Source of the DNA: Pelagomonas calceolata
Lineage: Eukaryota
Direction: 5' to 3'
DNA: 64,000 nt
Assembly: GCA_918797485.1 (NCBI GenBank)
Contig: CAKKNE010000005.1
Location: 3,224,001 to 3,288,000 of the forward strand
Shown here in pieces: positions 51,282-61,892 of this stretch. How positions within the stretch are numbered: the stretch's first letter is position 1; every line of letters starts with the position of its first letter. The notes under the pieces were generated by a model. The model was not told the origin of the DNA. It saw nothing but the letters and a program-made list of their open reading frames with translations, and made no database searches. The translations under genes and the position numbers were made by a program.

Positions 51282-52499
51282 ATGGAGGAGCTCCTAGGAG
51301 TCATAGCCTCGAACATCAACATGCAAGGCCAGGACGGCAAAACCTTCCGAACGGAAGCAGCAAAGACGCTCCTCGCGCTGACGCAGGACGCGTCGCAGGT
51401 CGACGCGCTCGTCGACGGCGGCGCGCAGGCCCACGCCGTGGCCACGGCGCTCGCCCGCACGCGCGAGGGCGCGCGCGACGGGCTCGCGGCGCTGGCGAAC
51501 GCATTGGCGCGAGCGAATGCCAAGGGCGAGCGGCCCGCGGACGCTTTGGCCGTCGCGCTCGCGACGCCGAGAACGGTGGATGCGGCCTGCGTCGTCGCCG
51601 CGAGCGATGCCTTTGATCCACAGTCGCGGGAGAACGCGCTGGCCTTCCTGCAGAACGCCACCGTGCGGCCGGCGGGCGCCGCCGCCGTGGCCGCGCGCGA
51701 GGAGGCCGTGACGGCGCTCCTCAAAAGATTCGCGCGGCGCGGCGCCGCCGCGGCCCAGGCGTCCTGGGCCGACGCCTTCGCGGCGTGCGCCCAGAACCTG
51801 TCGGCGGCGGCGACGTTCCGAACTTTACTCCTGCGACCGCCGACGCGCATCCTGTCAGCGCTCCTGCCGTTACTGCTTGATGGACATGTAGAAACGCACG
51901 GCGCCGCGTCCCCCGGGAAGCGACGAGGAGTAGCGGCAGCTCTACGGCACTGCTGCCACGACGTCTCGGCACATGGCGTTCTGCTCGACGACTGCTGCGC
52001 GCCGCAGTTCATACTATTCGCCCTCGCGGACGCGTCCGACATTGCTCGACTAGAGTCAGACGATAGCATGGCATTGCAGTTGCCGGGCGGGACGGCCTGG
52101 CACGGCGCGCCCTTCGTCGACGACGCCTCCGAGGTCTACGGCGATGCCAAGAGAAGGGAGCCTAGAGCTGACGTGTCCCTGTTCCTGCTCGAGGCGTTGT
52201 TGTGTCTGTGCGGCACGCGACGGGGGCGCACGGAGCTGCGCCGACTCAAGGCGTACGCCGTCGTGCGCGACTGCGACTACCACTTCGCGCCCGGCCGCGA
52301 CGACCGGGACGAGGGCGACGGAGGCCCATCAGAAGTGCTGGTGACGGCCGACGACGCGCCGGAGCCGCCCCCGGAATCGTTGACCGAGGAGGAGCTCACG
52401 CTCAAAAACGTGGCAAAAGCGTGCGCCGACCTCGCGGCCATGCTCTTGAGGGACGAGGCCGGGCCGCCGGGGCCGCCGACCTACGACGATATGGACTAA
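51282..52499 (+). CDS. HGH1/FAM203-like armadillo protein
   Basis: KRRGVAAALRHCC; KRREPRADVSLFLLEALLCLCGTRRGRTELRRLKAYAVVRD; ATG at 51282. Confidence 0.72.
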   Translation: MEELLGVIASNINMQGQDGKTFRTEAAKTLLALTQDASQVDALVDGGAQAHAVATALARTREGARDGLAALANALARANAKGERPADALAVALATPRTVDAACVVAASDAFDPQSRENALAFLQNATVRPAGAAAVAAREEAVTALLKRFARRGAAAAQASWADAFAACAQNLSAAATFRTLLLRPPTRILSALLPLLLDGHVETHGAASPGKRRGVAAALRHCCHDVSAHGVLLDDCCAPQFILFALADASDIARLESDDSMALQLPGGTAWHGAPFVDDASEVYGDAKRREPRADVSLFLLEALLCLCGTRRGRTELRRLKAYAVVRDCDYHFAPGRDDRDEGDGGPSEVLVTADDAPEPPPESLTEEELTLKNVAKACADLAAMLLRDEAGPPGPPTYDDMD

Positions 52500-52511
52500 A
52501 TTCACAGAACA

Positions 52512-54224
52512 TTAGAAGAGTGGTATTCTTTCCGTGTCGAGCGACGTCTCTAGGTACGATGCCTCGATGAGCAGCGAATCCATATGATCGATTTTGCCGT
52601 CGACGGTCGCGGCGGTTACTTTTGCGAGGGCCCGCCTTTCATCGTCGGCGACGCGCGCCGCGTGCGCGTCCCGCAGCGCCGCGTTTTTGGATTGGGCCGC
52701 GGCGAATTGCCGGTCGATAGATTTGAGCCTTCGTTGAGCTCGGGCTTTGAAATCGGCAGCGAGCCGATCCGCTCGCAATGGGTCGCCGTGCCTCGATACG
52801 GCCGCCTCGACCTTGTCGCGATCCCCTTCACTCAACCGTTCGAGCATCGACGCGCGCTCGTCCGCCATGACCACCTCATACGACGCATCGGGAGTCAACC
52901 GGTCCGCTCGTAAACTGGGCCCAAACACAAAGGCGTCCTCGGCGCGCTGCAGCGCCGTGACGCGCAGCCACGGCGCCGCCGGGTGGTCGCCGCCGATCCC
53001 CAAAGCAGCCAGGACCTCGTGGGGCCAGCAGGCGCACTTCGGGCGGCGCAGCTTCTGCGGGTCCGCCACGACGAGGGCCCCGCGGCGCGCGCCCCACCTT
53101 ACTTCGACGACGAACGTCGCGTTGTCGGCGCGGCCGGTCCCGTACTCGCCGAGGAGCCGCTTTATCTGATCATCGTCGTGTTGGAACTCCCGTGGTGGCG
53201 GCGCGGCGCGGTCCGAATCCTCGGCGGCGCGCGCGGCGGGCGGCGGCGCGTCAGGTGGGGGCGGCGGCGCGGGCGGTGCGCCAGGCGGCGGCGGCGGCGC
53301 GGCGGGCGGCGCCTCGGGTCCTGGCGACGCGGCCGCGGGCGTATCGAGCTTGCGCATCATACCGTCTAGCTCGGCCGCGAGGCGCGCGGCGCGGTCCTTT
53401 GAGTCCTCGGCGGCGCGCGCCACGGGCGGTGCTGGCGGTGCGGGTGGTGGCGCGGCAGACGGCTCACCAGGTGAAGATTCGCGTGGCGGCGTAGCCTTGC
53501 GGACCCGAGTCGGCGGCGAAGCGCCGTCAGCTCCTCCTCCGAGCACCTCGTTCCACGCCGAAGAGCGCGATGTTGTGGGTTGTTCTTCGCGCGCGGCGGG
53601 CGGCGGAGCGTCGGGTGGGGGCGGCGGCGCCACAGGCGGTGCTGGTGATGCGGGCGGCGGCGCCTTAGGTGGCGGCGCCGCCGAATCCTCGGCGGCGCGC
53701 GCGGCGGGCGGGGAAGCGTCAGGTCGTGGCGACGCGTTCGCTTCGATCCAGCGCGCACGCGCGTCCGCCACCGTAATCACGTGCCGCAAACTATCAATCC
53801 AGGCCCGCCGTTCCTCCGTCGACGACGCGCGGAGCTCGAAGGCCTCGTGCGCGTCGAAGACCCGGAAGTCGCGCCAGCCATCGGCGCCCTCTAATTCCCT
53901 CACGGCGCAGCCCGCGAGCGCTAGTGTCATCCGCGCATCATCGTGCTCCTTCTTGTGGTACGTCAGGGCGTAGTTCTCGTTATCTTTCAGGTCGAGTCTC
54001 ACCCGTAACCAGCGCTTCTTCCACGCCCGGCCGCTGAGTCTACTTTTAGACGTCTTCTTGAGCGGGCCGCGGCAGTTTTCTATTTTGAGCTTTGCGGGGT
54101 CGACGGCCGGCGGGCCTCTGGGGCTGCCGGCGCGGCTGCTGGCGGGGCTGCTTTTGTCTGCTTTTGGGGCTGCCCGGCTGGCCGGCGCCGCGCGGTTCGC
54201 GGCTAACGGGTCGCGGCGACCCAT
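52512..54224 (-). CDS. PH-domain, proline-rich protein
   Basis: RGPLKK...WKKRWL...FELRASSTEERRAWIDSL; repeated PPAARAAEDS; ATG at 54224. Confidence 0.78.
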   Translation of the reverse strand: MGRRDPLAANRAAPASRAAPKADKSSPASSRAGSPRGPPAVDPAKLKIENCRGPLKKTSKSRLSGRAWKKRWLRVRLDLKDNENYALTYHKKEHDDARMTLALAGCAVRELEGADGWRDFRVFDAHEAFELRASSTEERRAWIDSLRHVITVADARARWIEANASPRPDASPPAARAAEDSAAPPPKAPPPASPAPPVAPPPPPDAPPPAAREEQPTTSRSSAWNEVLGGGADGASPPTRVRKATPPRESSPGEPSAAPPPAPPAPPVARAAEDSKDRAARLAAELDGMMRKLDTPAAASPGPEAPPAAPPPPPGAPPAPPPPPDAPPPAARAAEDSDRAAPPPREFQHDDDQIKRLLGEYGTGRADNATFVVEVRWGARRGALVVADPQKLRRPKCACWPHEVLAALGIGGDHPAAPWLRVTALQRAEDAFVFGPSLRADRLTPDASYEVVMADERASMLERLSEGDRDKVEAAVSRHGDPLRADRLAADFKARAQRRLKSIDRQFAAAQSKNAALRDAHAARVADDERRALAKVTAATVDGKIDHMDSLLIEASYLETSLDTERIPLF

Positions 54225-54295
54225 TCTGCGTGTCGTGTCGTTATATAGAATTCGCCCTCCCGTTCTAGCTGCCCCAAGTTTGAGATTTGAGCTCG

Positions 54296-54317
54296 CTAGT
54301 ATGTTACTGTACGCTAG
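54296..54317 (-). promoter_or_regulatory. Paired-CTAG box in a divergent promoter
   Basis: Reverse complement CTAGCGTACAGTAACATACTAG. Confidence 0.6.
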
Positions 54318-54477
54318 CTGCGGCCGACTCGAGCGCCAGCCCATTTTGGCCATACGTGCACCAGGGACGTGCGCGCGCTTGCGTCGGACTCTCCAGCAGT
54401 GCCCAGCTGCCGCCAGCGCAAGCCGCGCCGCTCTGCGCCCGCGCCAGCGCCAGCAGATTTGAAATTGGCTCTCACTC

Positions 54478-55869
54478 ATGTCTGAAACCGCGCCGGCCAA
54501 GGAGAACATGAGCTCCAGCCCTGCCAAGACCGACGGCAGCCCAGTAAAAAAGAAACCCAGAACCTTGGACGACGCGCCCAACGAAAGCCACGAAAAAAAG
54601 GGCGCCGCCCAACTCGCGAAGGAAAAAAGAGATCAAGAGTACAAGAACTGGGTCGTCGCCGCGCCCCAACTCTATGATGTCTGCATGCAGAAGCATTTGC
54701 GGTGGCCCTCGCTGACGGTGGAGTGGTTGCCGGGGTATACGGACGCCGGGCGGGAGGGCTGGAACCGCCACCAGCTGTTGTTGGGTACACATACCGATGG
54801 GGAAGAGAACTCGTTGTTAGTTGTGGCGGTCGACTTACCCGACGTGGAAACAGAAATAGACACGAGGGCCGGTGAGTTCGGGAAGGATACTTCCGCCATT
54901 GCCCTTACCTTACCTCACCCAGGAGGGGAAGTCAATCGCGCGAGGCACTGTCCGCAACAACCATCCTTGGTAGCGACACGGCCGGCCTCGAAGGTAGCTT
55001 ATGTTTTTGATATTGCGAAAGCAGCAGAAGAAGGTCCGTCGAGCACGCCGTGGCTCACGCTGCGGGGCCACGGCGACGAGGGCTTCGGCTGCGCCTGGTC
55101 GCCTCATGTAAATGGCCAACTGACGACCTGCGCGAACGACGGCACGATCTGTGGGTGGGACATTGCGACGGCGAAGGGTGGCGGCATCACGCCCACCTAC
55201 TTCGCGTCTCGAGGGGAATCGGCCGTAGCGGACGTCCAGTACTCTCCCCAATGTCCTTTTACTATTTGTGCCGCCGGCGACGACAAAGCTTTAGTTTTTT
55301 GGGATCTGCGGACCCAAGGCGACAAGTGTTCACAGGTGGTCGAAAACGCACATGATGCGGACATCAACGCCCTTGCCTATCCTAACTTCGGCGAGGACGA
55401 CCAGTTTAGATTGCTATCGGCCTCGGCCGACAGAACGGTCAAACTCTGGGACACGCGGCACTTGTCAAAACCGGTGCACACCTTCACATGTGATGGGGAT
55501 GTCGTCCAAGTCCAGTGGTGCCCCCACGACGCCGACGTCTTCGTGACCTGCGGCGCCGACCGGGGCCCGAAGTTCTGGGACGTGTCGCGGATCGGGGCGT
55601 CGGTCGAGCCCGACTCCGACGAAGACGAGCCGGCGCCGCCCGAGCTGGTGTTCGCCCACGGCGGCCACAAGGCCCCGGTCTCGGACTTTTCGCTCTCTCC
55701 CAATGAATCGTGGCTCGCCGCGTCGGTGAGCGAGGACAACGTCTTGCAAGTGGCATGGGTCAGCGAGGCGATCTTCGGCGACGTCGAGGGCGATGGGGAT
55801 GATATTGGGACGGGCTGGCAGAGCGGCGGTGGGACGGCGGCGGCGCCGGCACCGGCCGCGGCGGCGTAG
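54478..55869 (+). CDS. Histone-binding WD40 protein RBBP4/MSI1-like
   Basis: EYKNW...LYD...LRWPSLTVEWLP, LLLGTHT, GEVNRAR, PPELVFAHGGH, SVSEDNVLQV. Confidence 0.92.
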   Translation: MSETAPAKENMSSSPAKTDGSPVKKKPRTLDDAPNESHEKKGAAQLAKEKRDQEYKNWVVAAPQLYDVCMQKHLRWPSLTVEWLPGYTDAGREGWNRHQLLLGTHTDGEENSLLVVAVDLPDVETEIDTRAGEFGKDTSAIALTLPHPGGEVNRARHCPQQPSLVATRPASKVAYVFDIAKAAEEGPSSTPWLTLRGHGDEGFGCAWSPHVNGQLTTCANDGTICGWDIATAKGGGITPTYFASRGESAVADVQYSPQCPFTICAAGDDKALVFWDLRTQGDKCSQVVENAHDADINALAYPNFGEDDQFRLLSASADRTVKLWDTRHLSKPVHTFTCDGDVVQVQWCPHDADVFVTCGADRGPKFWDVSRIGASVEPDSDEDEPAPPELVFAHGGHKAPVSDFSLSPNESWLAASVSEDNVLQVAWVSEAIFGDVEGDGDDIGTGWQSGGGTAAAPAPAAAA

Positions 55870-56033
55870 GGCGTGGCGTGGGGGCGCTTAAGCTAGGTAT
55901 TAGAGGTCGTTCGCGGGGGCTCCGTCGGCGCGGCGGCGTAGAGAACTCGAGTGTGGCTTTTCTATGGCTGCCGGAGAGGTCGGTGTGTCTCCCGAATACG
56001 TCGTCGCGCGCGAAAAAGCCGTTTCGTCCTCGA

Positions 56034-56055
56034 CTAGCGGCCTGTAAGACACTAG
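56034..56055 (+). promoter_or_regulatory. Paired-CTAG box upstream of CDC45
   Basis: CTAGCGGCCTGTAAGACACTAG. Confidence 0.65.
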
Positions 56056-56346
56056 CCCAAGCAATTCGATTTGGCCGGCACCGCGCAGGCTGTAGCGCGC
56101 GCTTCCGGGCCATAGCACTGACATCCAAAGCGGTTAACATTTACAGGGACACCCTCGGTTGACGAATACAGCGCGGCGTCGGGCACAAGGCCCGTGCACG
56201 CGAGTTTCGTTTCAAACGAGCACCGGCCTTGTTTGTAAATTAAACTGGCCGCGGCGCCCTCATAGCTGCCGCGCGCCCTTGTCTGGACCTGCGCCCGGCC
56301 TCCCGCAGCGCCCCAGCGCGCCGGAAGCGCCGCGCACGCGCCAAAG

Positions 56347-58185
56347 ATGCTCGTCGGCCGCGAGCGCTTCGACGAGGTCTACGCGACGATCCGCCAGTCG
56401 GCCTGCGGCGCGGGCCAGACCGTCCTCATCTTGGTGGCGCCGGACACGGACGCTATCTGCGCCTGCCAGATTTTATGTAGATTGCTCCGGGACGACAATG
56501 TCCCGTTTTGCACGAAGCCGGTGAGTGGCTATGCCGACGTGAGAGCCGCCACGGAGGACGTGTCCCAGCAGTTTTCGGATATCAAAACGATCATCATGCT
56601 GAACTGCGGCGCTACTGTGAACCTGGAGAAGCTCTTTGATCAAAGTAACGCTACTATATTTGTGGTTGATAGTCATAGACCCGTCCATCTGCGGAACTAC
56701 CACTCGCCCGGAAGAGTCGTGGTCCTAGACGGCGACGCGCCGGACGACGACGACGCCCCTTCTGATGGAGAGGATCTCGACGAGGACTTCATGGAGTCCG
56801 ACCTCGAGTCCGACGCGGAATTAAGTTCCTCAGATGACGAGCCAGAAGGCGACGAAGAAACAGAAAGGCAGAAGCGGAGAAGAGAGAAGCGGGAAGCTAG
56901 AGCAGCGAAGAAGGCCGAGGCGTCTGATAGACGTAAGCGGCTACGCGCGTACTACGACGGCACTTATGATGGGCCGCCGTCCGCTGCTCTACTCTTCGCC
57001 TTAACAGAAGCTTGTTCGACAGCAGAACCGACGGAGGTCTGGCTCTCAGCCTTGGGCACGACGGGCGCGCGCGCGCAGTGGCGCCTCGACGACGACGCGT
57101 ACGACGACTTCACTGATTATTTTGCTGCTCAACTGAGACACATCGACGCGAGAAAACAGACGTCGGGTGAACCGATGCCCGAGAGCGGCAAGGGCTACCA
57201 GGCGCCTCCTGGAACGGTCACATATGAAAGGGATGAACTTAGGTTCATGCTGCATCGGCACTGGTCGCTCTTCGACGCCATGTACTACTCGAACTATGTG
57301 GCAGCTCGATTATCAGTGTGGAAGCATGATGGGAAAAGACGTTTACAAGAACTGCTGGCGAAGATCGGTCTCAGTCTGGAGGCTTGCAGGCAGACCTATG
57401 CCTTTCTTTCTCTGGATGAACGAACGTCACTGAGAGATAACCTCAAGGTCCAGGGCCCGGCCTACGACCTCGACGATCCGTTTACGGCTACTTTTCACCG
57501 AGTGGCTGGTGGTGGGCGCAATGTCTCCGCACATGACGTGGCGGCCTGCGTCGAGGCTTTGCTCGAGGGCCACTTCACGGAGGACGCGTCTCACGCTTTA
57601 GTACGAGCGGCGAAGAAGCGACGAGTAGAAGCTGTGGACACGGAAGACGAAGCAAGTGTCGAGAAGCGCGCTTTCCTGCGGGGCTTCTGGCACGCTTATG
57701 ATGCGTGTCTCGGGGACGACGACGCTCTGTTGTCGCGAGGCGTCCACGCGGCCTGCGCGCTGCAGCGAGGCGTCGTGGGCCAAGCGGTCTCGATGGTCGA
57801 GAAGCGGGAAATCACGACCTTGAGACATTTCCGATACGCCTACGTCCAGGCTTCCAATGATGTTTTTTCAAAACCTCTCGCTCTGAGGAAGCTGGCCCTC
57901 TTCTTAGTTGGAGTACACACCACAAACGGCAAATGGGTCGATAGCAAGGCGAAGCCCCTCGTGTTACTAGCTGAAAGGAGGGACTGCTTCTTGGTGGCGG
58001 GCGTCGACGGGCGCGAGGGCGCTCGGAAGAACCGGTTGGCGCACGCGTTCCGGTTGGCGGCGGAGCACATCCAGACGTCGTCGCGCCAGGACTTGTTTGA
58101 TTCCTCCGTGGTCGAGGTCGCGCACGACGACGTCCAGCGCTTCGTCGAGTCGCTCCACTACATCATGGCGCAGTCCGCGGCTTAG
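56347..58185 (+). CDS. CDC45: DNA replication initiation factor CDC45
   Basis: VLILVAPDTDAICACQIL, NCGA, VVDSHRP, LRFMLHRHWSLFDAMYYS, LLAKIG, FSKPLAL. Confidence 0.95.
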   Translation: MLVGRERFDEVYATIRQSACGAGQTVLILVAPDTDAICACQILCRLLRDDNVPFCTKPVSGYADVRAATEDVSQQFSDIKTIIMLNCGATVNLEKLFDQSNATIFVVDSHRPVHLRNYHSPGRVVVLDGDAPDDDDAPSDGEDLDEDFMESDLESDAELSSSDDEPEGDEETERQKRRREKREARAAKKAEASDRRKRLRAYYDGTYDGPPSAALLFALTEACSTAEPTEVWLSALGTTGARAQWRLDDDAYDDFTDYFAAQLRHIDARKQTSGEPMPESGKGYQAPPGTVTYERDELRFMLHRHWSLFDAMYYSNYVAARLSVWKHDGKRRLQELLAKIGLSLEACRQTYAFLSLDERTSLRDNLKVQGPAYDLDDPFTATFHRVAGGGRNVSAHDVAACVEALLEGHFTEDASHALVRAAKKRRVEAVDTEDEASVEKRAFLRGFWHAYDACLGDDDALLSRGVHAACALQRGVVGQAVSMVEKREITTLRHFRYAYVQASNDVFSKPLALRKLALFLVGVHTTNGKWVDSKAKPLVLLAERRDCFLVAGVDGREGARKNRLAHAFRLAAEHIQTSSRQDLFDSSVVEVAHDDVQRFVESLHYIMAQSAA

Positions 58186-58529
58186 TGCCGCAAGTTAACT
58201 AACAGTCTACTATAAACTCTCGCCGCCTATCCTATCCTATGACCTACGCAACCGCAGGAGCCTAGCCCGGGGCGGGTACTCCTCCGAGCGTTTCTGCACC
58301 GCGGGGCCTAGAACTCTCAGGCTCGCGGTGCCGGTAGATCACCGTAGATGGGCCCGTCACGGAACCGCTGCGTTGCGCGTCGACAGCGTCTCGGTTGTAC
58401 CACCTCGACGCCATCGAGGCGAAGCATCATGGAGGACACCGAGTCGGCAGCGCGACGCGCGCCCGAGCAACAGCATACCCCCTTCCCCTGAGCACTGCAC
58501 TAACAACGAATAAAAGCAAATAACACAAA

Positions 58530-59447
58530 CTAGTTCTTCTTAGTCAGGAGCTGGTACGCGATGATGCACAGCCCGATCAGGAAGAGCAAACACATGACGT
58601 CCACGCAGAGCTTGTCCGACGACCGCCCCACGACGTCGAGCGTATCCTTCATCTTGGAATTGACCTGGCTGACGTGCTCCTGGACGTTCTCGACGCGCTC
58701 GTTCAGGTCCTCGAGCATGATGCTCTGCTTCGTTACCTCTTCGGCCTGGCGCGACGCCAAGACACCCAGTTCCTCCACGCCTCTGCCAATCCCCGCGATC
58801 TGGTCGTCGAACTGCCTATCCCTTTCCTGTAATTGCTGCATCCGCTGCTGCTGGTGATCGGAGATTGTTTCTCGAGGTTCATCGCGGACAACATCGTCGT
58901 CGTCGCGCCGCTGGAAGAGCTCGTGGTCCTCCTTCTTCACTATGGTGCGAGAGTGGCCCGTCTCGATGTCCTTGACTTCATTCCGCGCTTGTTTTGACAT
59001 TGTACGAGCCGCGTCGATCTCCCGCATCAGCCTTAACACGACCTCCTCGCGCATCTGCAGTTCGTCCTTCTCATACCGCGGCTTCTTCCGTCTTAGCTCC
59101 GCCTGGATCATCGTATCCAAATCGTGCCAGTCGTGTCTTAATTTACGCAATGCTTTCTTCACTTCGGCCTCGCGGGCGATTTGGTCCCTCGGCGTCTTCG
59201 CCGGCTTCGCTTGATGTTCTCTCACTTTGGAACGGACATCAGACAACTGCGCGAGCATGGCCTCCTTCAGATCCAAGAAAGGATCCGCGCCGACGCCGCC
59301 GCGCGCCAATGCTGCTCTAGAGGCTTCTGTCGTGCCGGCGCTGCCGCCGCCTACTCGTACCTGGAGCGTACTCAGCTGTCCTAATAAAGCTTCGAGCTCG
59401 GCGTCCATGCCGCCCTTGACCTTCTTCTTTTTCGTGTCTTTGGGCAT
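58530..59447 (-). CDS. Qc-SNARE/syntaxin (SYP7-like)
   Basis: C-terminal SNARE coiled coil (QFDDQIAGIGRGV...EEVTKQSIML) and a TM helix; ATG at 59447. Confidence 0.82.
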   Translation of the reverse strand: MPKDTKKKKVKGGMDAELEALLGQLSTLQVRVGGGSAGTTEASRAALARGGVGADPFLDLKEAMLAQLSDVRSKVREHQAKPAKTPRDQIAREAEVKKALRKLRHDWHDLDTMIQAELRRKKPRYEKDELQMREEVVLRLMREIDAARTMSKQARNEVKDIETGHSRTIVKKEDHELFQRRDDDDVVRDEPRETISDHQQQRMQQLQERDRQFDDQIAGIGRGVEELGVLASRQAEEVTKQSIMLEDLNERVENVQEHVSQVNSKMKDTLDVVGRSSDKLCVDVMCLLFLIGLCIIAYQLLTKKN

Positions 59448-59802
59448 CTTTGCTGTCGCTTGTGCTGTGGGCAAGTTCTCAAACCGGCGCTTGGTTTGTG
59501 GGCTGCCCCTCGGCACGGCGCGCGCGTCGACTGTCGAATTTAGCAACAGAAATACCAGCTGCGCGCGGGCCTACCACCGGTTCTACAACAGTTCGATCGA
59601 TCGCGCGCCGCCGCCGTGCTTTGTTTTTGCATCTGGCAACACCTAGTTGTGACACACTAGCACTGATTAGTTTTTACACCTCGGACGCACGCGGGTGAAA
59701 ACGCGAACTATCGTTCGGATGGGTGCGGACCCAGAGCCCGCCTCGGGTGATCGTAGCAGCTAGAGTCGGGCGATCGGTGATGACACGCCTCTGGCACCCA
59801 CT

Positions 59803-59823
59803 AGTCCTAGCACCGTAACAATA
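59803..59823 (-). repeat. Invariant 21-mer (copy 3 of 3)
   Basis: AGTCCTAGCACCGTAACAATA is the reverse complement of TATTGTTACGGTGCTAGGACT. Confidence 0.85.
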
Positions 59824-59884
59824 AACGAAGACACCTCTCGAAGCTCCGCCCGCAGACGACGTCGACGCGACTAGAGAACGGAAC

Positions 59885-60781
59885 TTACCCCCGCCCCTGC
59901 TTCACGTCGCTCCAGGTGACGCGCTTCCGCGCGGGCGACTTGGCCGGAGGCGTCGCCGCTTTTCGGGGAGGCGACTTCGGCGGCGGCGGCGACTCCTCCT
60001 TCTCCAAAGCTTCGAGCGCCGCGACGGCGTCCCTATACCTTTTGAGAATGCGAGAGGGAATCACGAGCAGCAGCAGCGCCATGACCGCCAAATAAACATA
60101 AGCGTAGGGTTTTGACTCCTCATCGACGTCAGGCACTTCCAACTCTTCTTCGGTCACATAACCTTTTTGTAACAAATGGTCCAGGTTCGCCTGGGCCTTC
60201 TTATGTTTCGACGCACCAGCAGCTTTGTAGAGGCGCGCGGCCTCGACGTACGACTTCTCAACACCTAACCCCTTGCGGTACATGTTCCCGAGGTTGAACT
60301 GCGCCGACGCGTGGCCCTGGTTCGCCGCCTCCCGGTAATTCCGCGCGGCTTCCTGGGGATCCGACGTCGCCCCCTGGCCGTCGAACATGGTGCCCAAGTT
60401 GTACTGGGCGTCCGCTCTCCCTTCCGCCGCGGCCAGCCGCAGCTCCAGCTCCTCATCGTCCTCGTCCGCCAATTTCAAAAAGCGCAGCGGCCGTCGCGGC
60501 GGTTCCGGGATGTCCGTCGGGTCGAAGGTGCCGACTTTCACCTTCTTCTTGCCCTTGAACCGGTCGGGCGGCGGCGCGGGACAGGAAGTGGCCGCGCAGT
60601 TTTTATTGTTTGCATTGTCGACGGGCGCCGGGCACGATCCCGCGGGGCCACCGGGCGGCGGCGCGGGGCAGCGCTTCCCGGCGCCCGCGGCCGTCGTGAC
60701 GTAAGCAAGGAGAAGGAGGCGTCGGCGCATCGCGCCCGTGGCCGTCGCGACGTAGCCAAGGAGGAGGAGGCGTCGGCGCAT
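59885..60781 (-). CDS. Sel1-repeat single-pass membrane protein
   Basis: AQYNLGTMF, AANQGHASAQFNLGNMYRKGLGV, a TM helix, and a tandemly duplicated signal peptide. Confidence 0.85.
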   Translation of the reverse strand: MRRRLLLLGYVATATGAMRRRLLLLAYVTTAAGAGKRCPAPPPGGPAGSCPAPVDNANNKNCAATSCPAPPPDRFKGKKKVKVGTFDPTDIPEPPRRPLRFLKLADEDDEELELRLAAAEGRADAQYNLGTMFDGQGATSDPQEAARNYREAANQGHASAQFNLGNMYRKGLGVEKSYVEAARLYKAAGASKHKKAQANLDHLLQKGYVTEEELEVPDVDEESKPYAYVYLAVMALLLLVIPSRILKRYRDAVAALEALEKEESPPPPKSPPRKAATPPAKSPARKRVTWSDVKQGRG

Positions 60782-61066
60782 CGCTATCGTCGTCTATCGT
60801 GGCGCTGCATTGTCCTTGCCATTCGGCTGGGGGCAGCCGGCGCGGGGGCGTAAGCTGTACGGCTCTGCTTTGTGCGCGTGCGGGGTCGCACGTGGGGCTG
60901 CGCGTGAGGCGCCTCTGGGGCTATTTGGGCCAGCGCTCCGGGCTCTTTTTTTTCAGTCCTGCTGTCCATCTAGTGTGTCGAAACACTAGCCTACACACAG
61001 CGCACAAGGTCGGAATTTGCAGGGGTCGATACTCGACGAGAGCCCCTCGTCGCGAGGAAATGTTCG

Positions 61067-61086
61067 CTAGCGGTGTGAGACACTAG
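61067..61086 (+). promoter_or_regulatory. Paired-CTAG box (second copy at 60970-60989)
   Basis: CTAGCGGTGTGAGACACTAG. Confidence 0.6.
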
Positions 61087-61245
61087 CACAAGCACTCTGA
61101 GATCTTAACAATTAGCAAGCTGAGCTAATATTGCTCGATACACGTCGTTGTGGCGCGTTTGCGAAGGAGCCATACATCCTCTCACTTGCCCGCGACTCGC
61201 TGTTCGCTGCAGCTCATCCTACAGCCACCACAGACTGCAGATCAG

Positions 61246-61729
61246 ATGGCTGCTCTCCGGCTGTGCGCGCTGCTGCTCGTGTCTGCAGCCCAGGCCCTGC
61301 ATATCACCAGGCAACAGGTGCTGCGCAGCGTAGTGCTCGCGCCGATTGCGCTCCCAGCTTTCGCCGACGACGACTTGAAAGGCCTGCTCGGCGCGGTGGT
61401 CGAGAACGAGGAGGCCAAGCAAGCCAAGAAGGAGGCCGACGCCGCGCTCGAGGAGAAGCTGAGTAAAATGTCGGCGGGCGAGCGCATCCGCTACGAGCGC
61501 GCGCCAGTGTGAAACAACCAGTGAGTCCGAGCGGTGAGAGACCCGTTCCACCACGCCATCGAGCAGACGTCGTCGCAGGCGCGCCGAGGCCGCGAAGACG
61601 AACAAGGCCGCGGCGGATGAAGCGATGCGCAAGATCAAGACGCTCGTCGGCGACCAGGACGCCGCCGACGCGAAGCCCTCGGAGGAGGGGATCCGGAACC
61701 CGGCGAAGTGGGATAAGGCGAGTGAGTAA
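61246..61729 (+). CDS. Small plastid/thylakoid-lumen-like protein; exons 61246-61496 and 61579-61729
   Basis: Signal peptide, then TRQQVL...LPAFA-D (lumen-transfer-like); the spliced frame YERAEAAKTNK...KWDKASE* matches the uninterrupted paralogous sequence near 61944. Confidence 0.78.
61497..61578 (+). mobile_element. Introner-derived intron (82 nt, GC-AG)
   Basis: TSD GCGCGCGC vs GCGCGCCG; CAGTGTG start 8 nt after the donor; contains CCACGCCATCGAG; absent from the duplicate copy. Confidence 0.85.
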
Positions 61730-61892
61730 AATTCTTAGGAGCCAGCGTTCTGCTGCCGAGACCGGCGCTCGAAGGCGTCTAGTCGCCACAGAGTCTTGTG
61801 TTTAGATAATTTTTTACGATGGGGAATGGTTCGTCACGGACGCCCGGATAGCATAACCGCGCCAGACCGAGGTCTACTAGGCTCAACGTTAG

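Noticed and set aside
54478..58185. RBBP4/MSI1 next to CDC45 as a replication cluster
   Set aside because: Two adjacent housekeeping genes are expected by chance in a compact genome; there is no further evidence.
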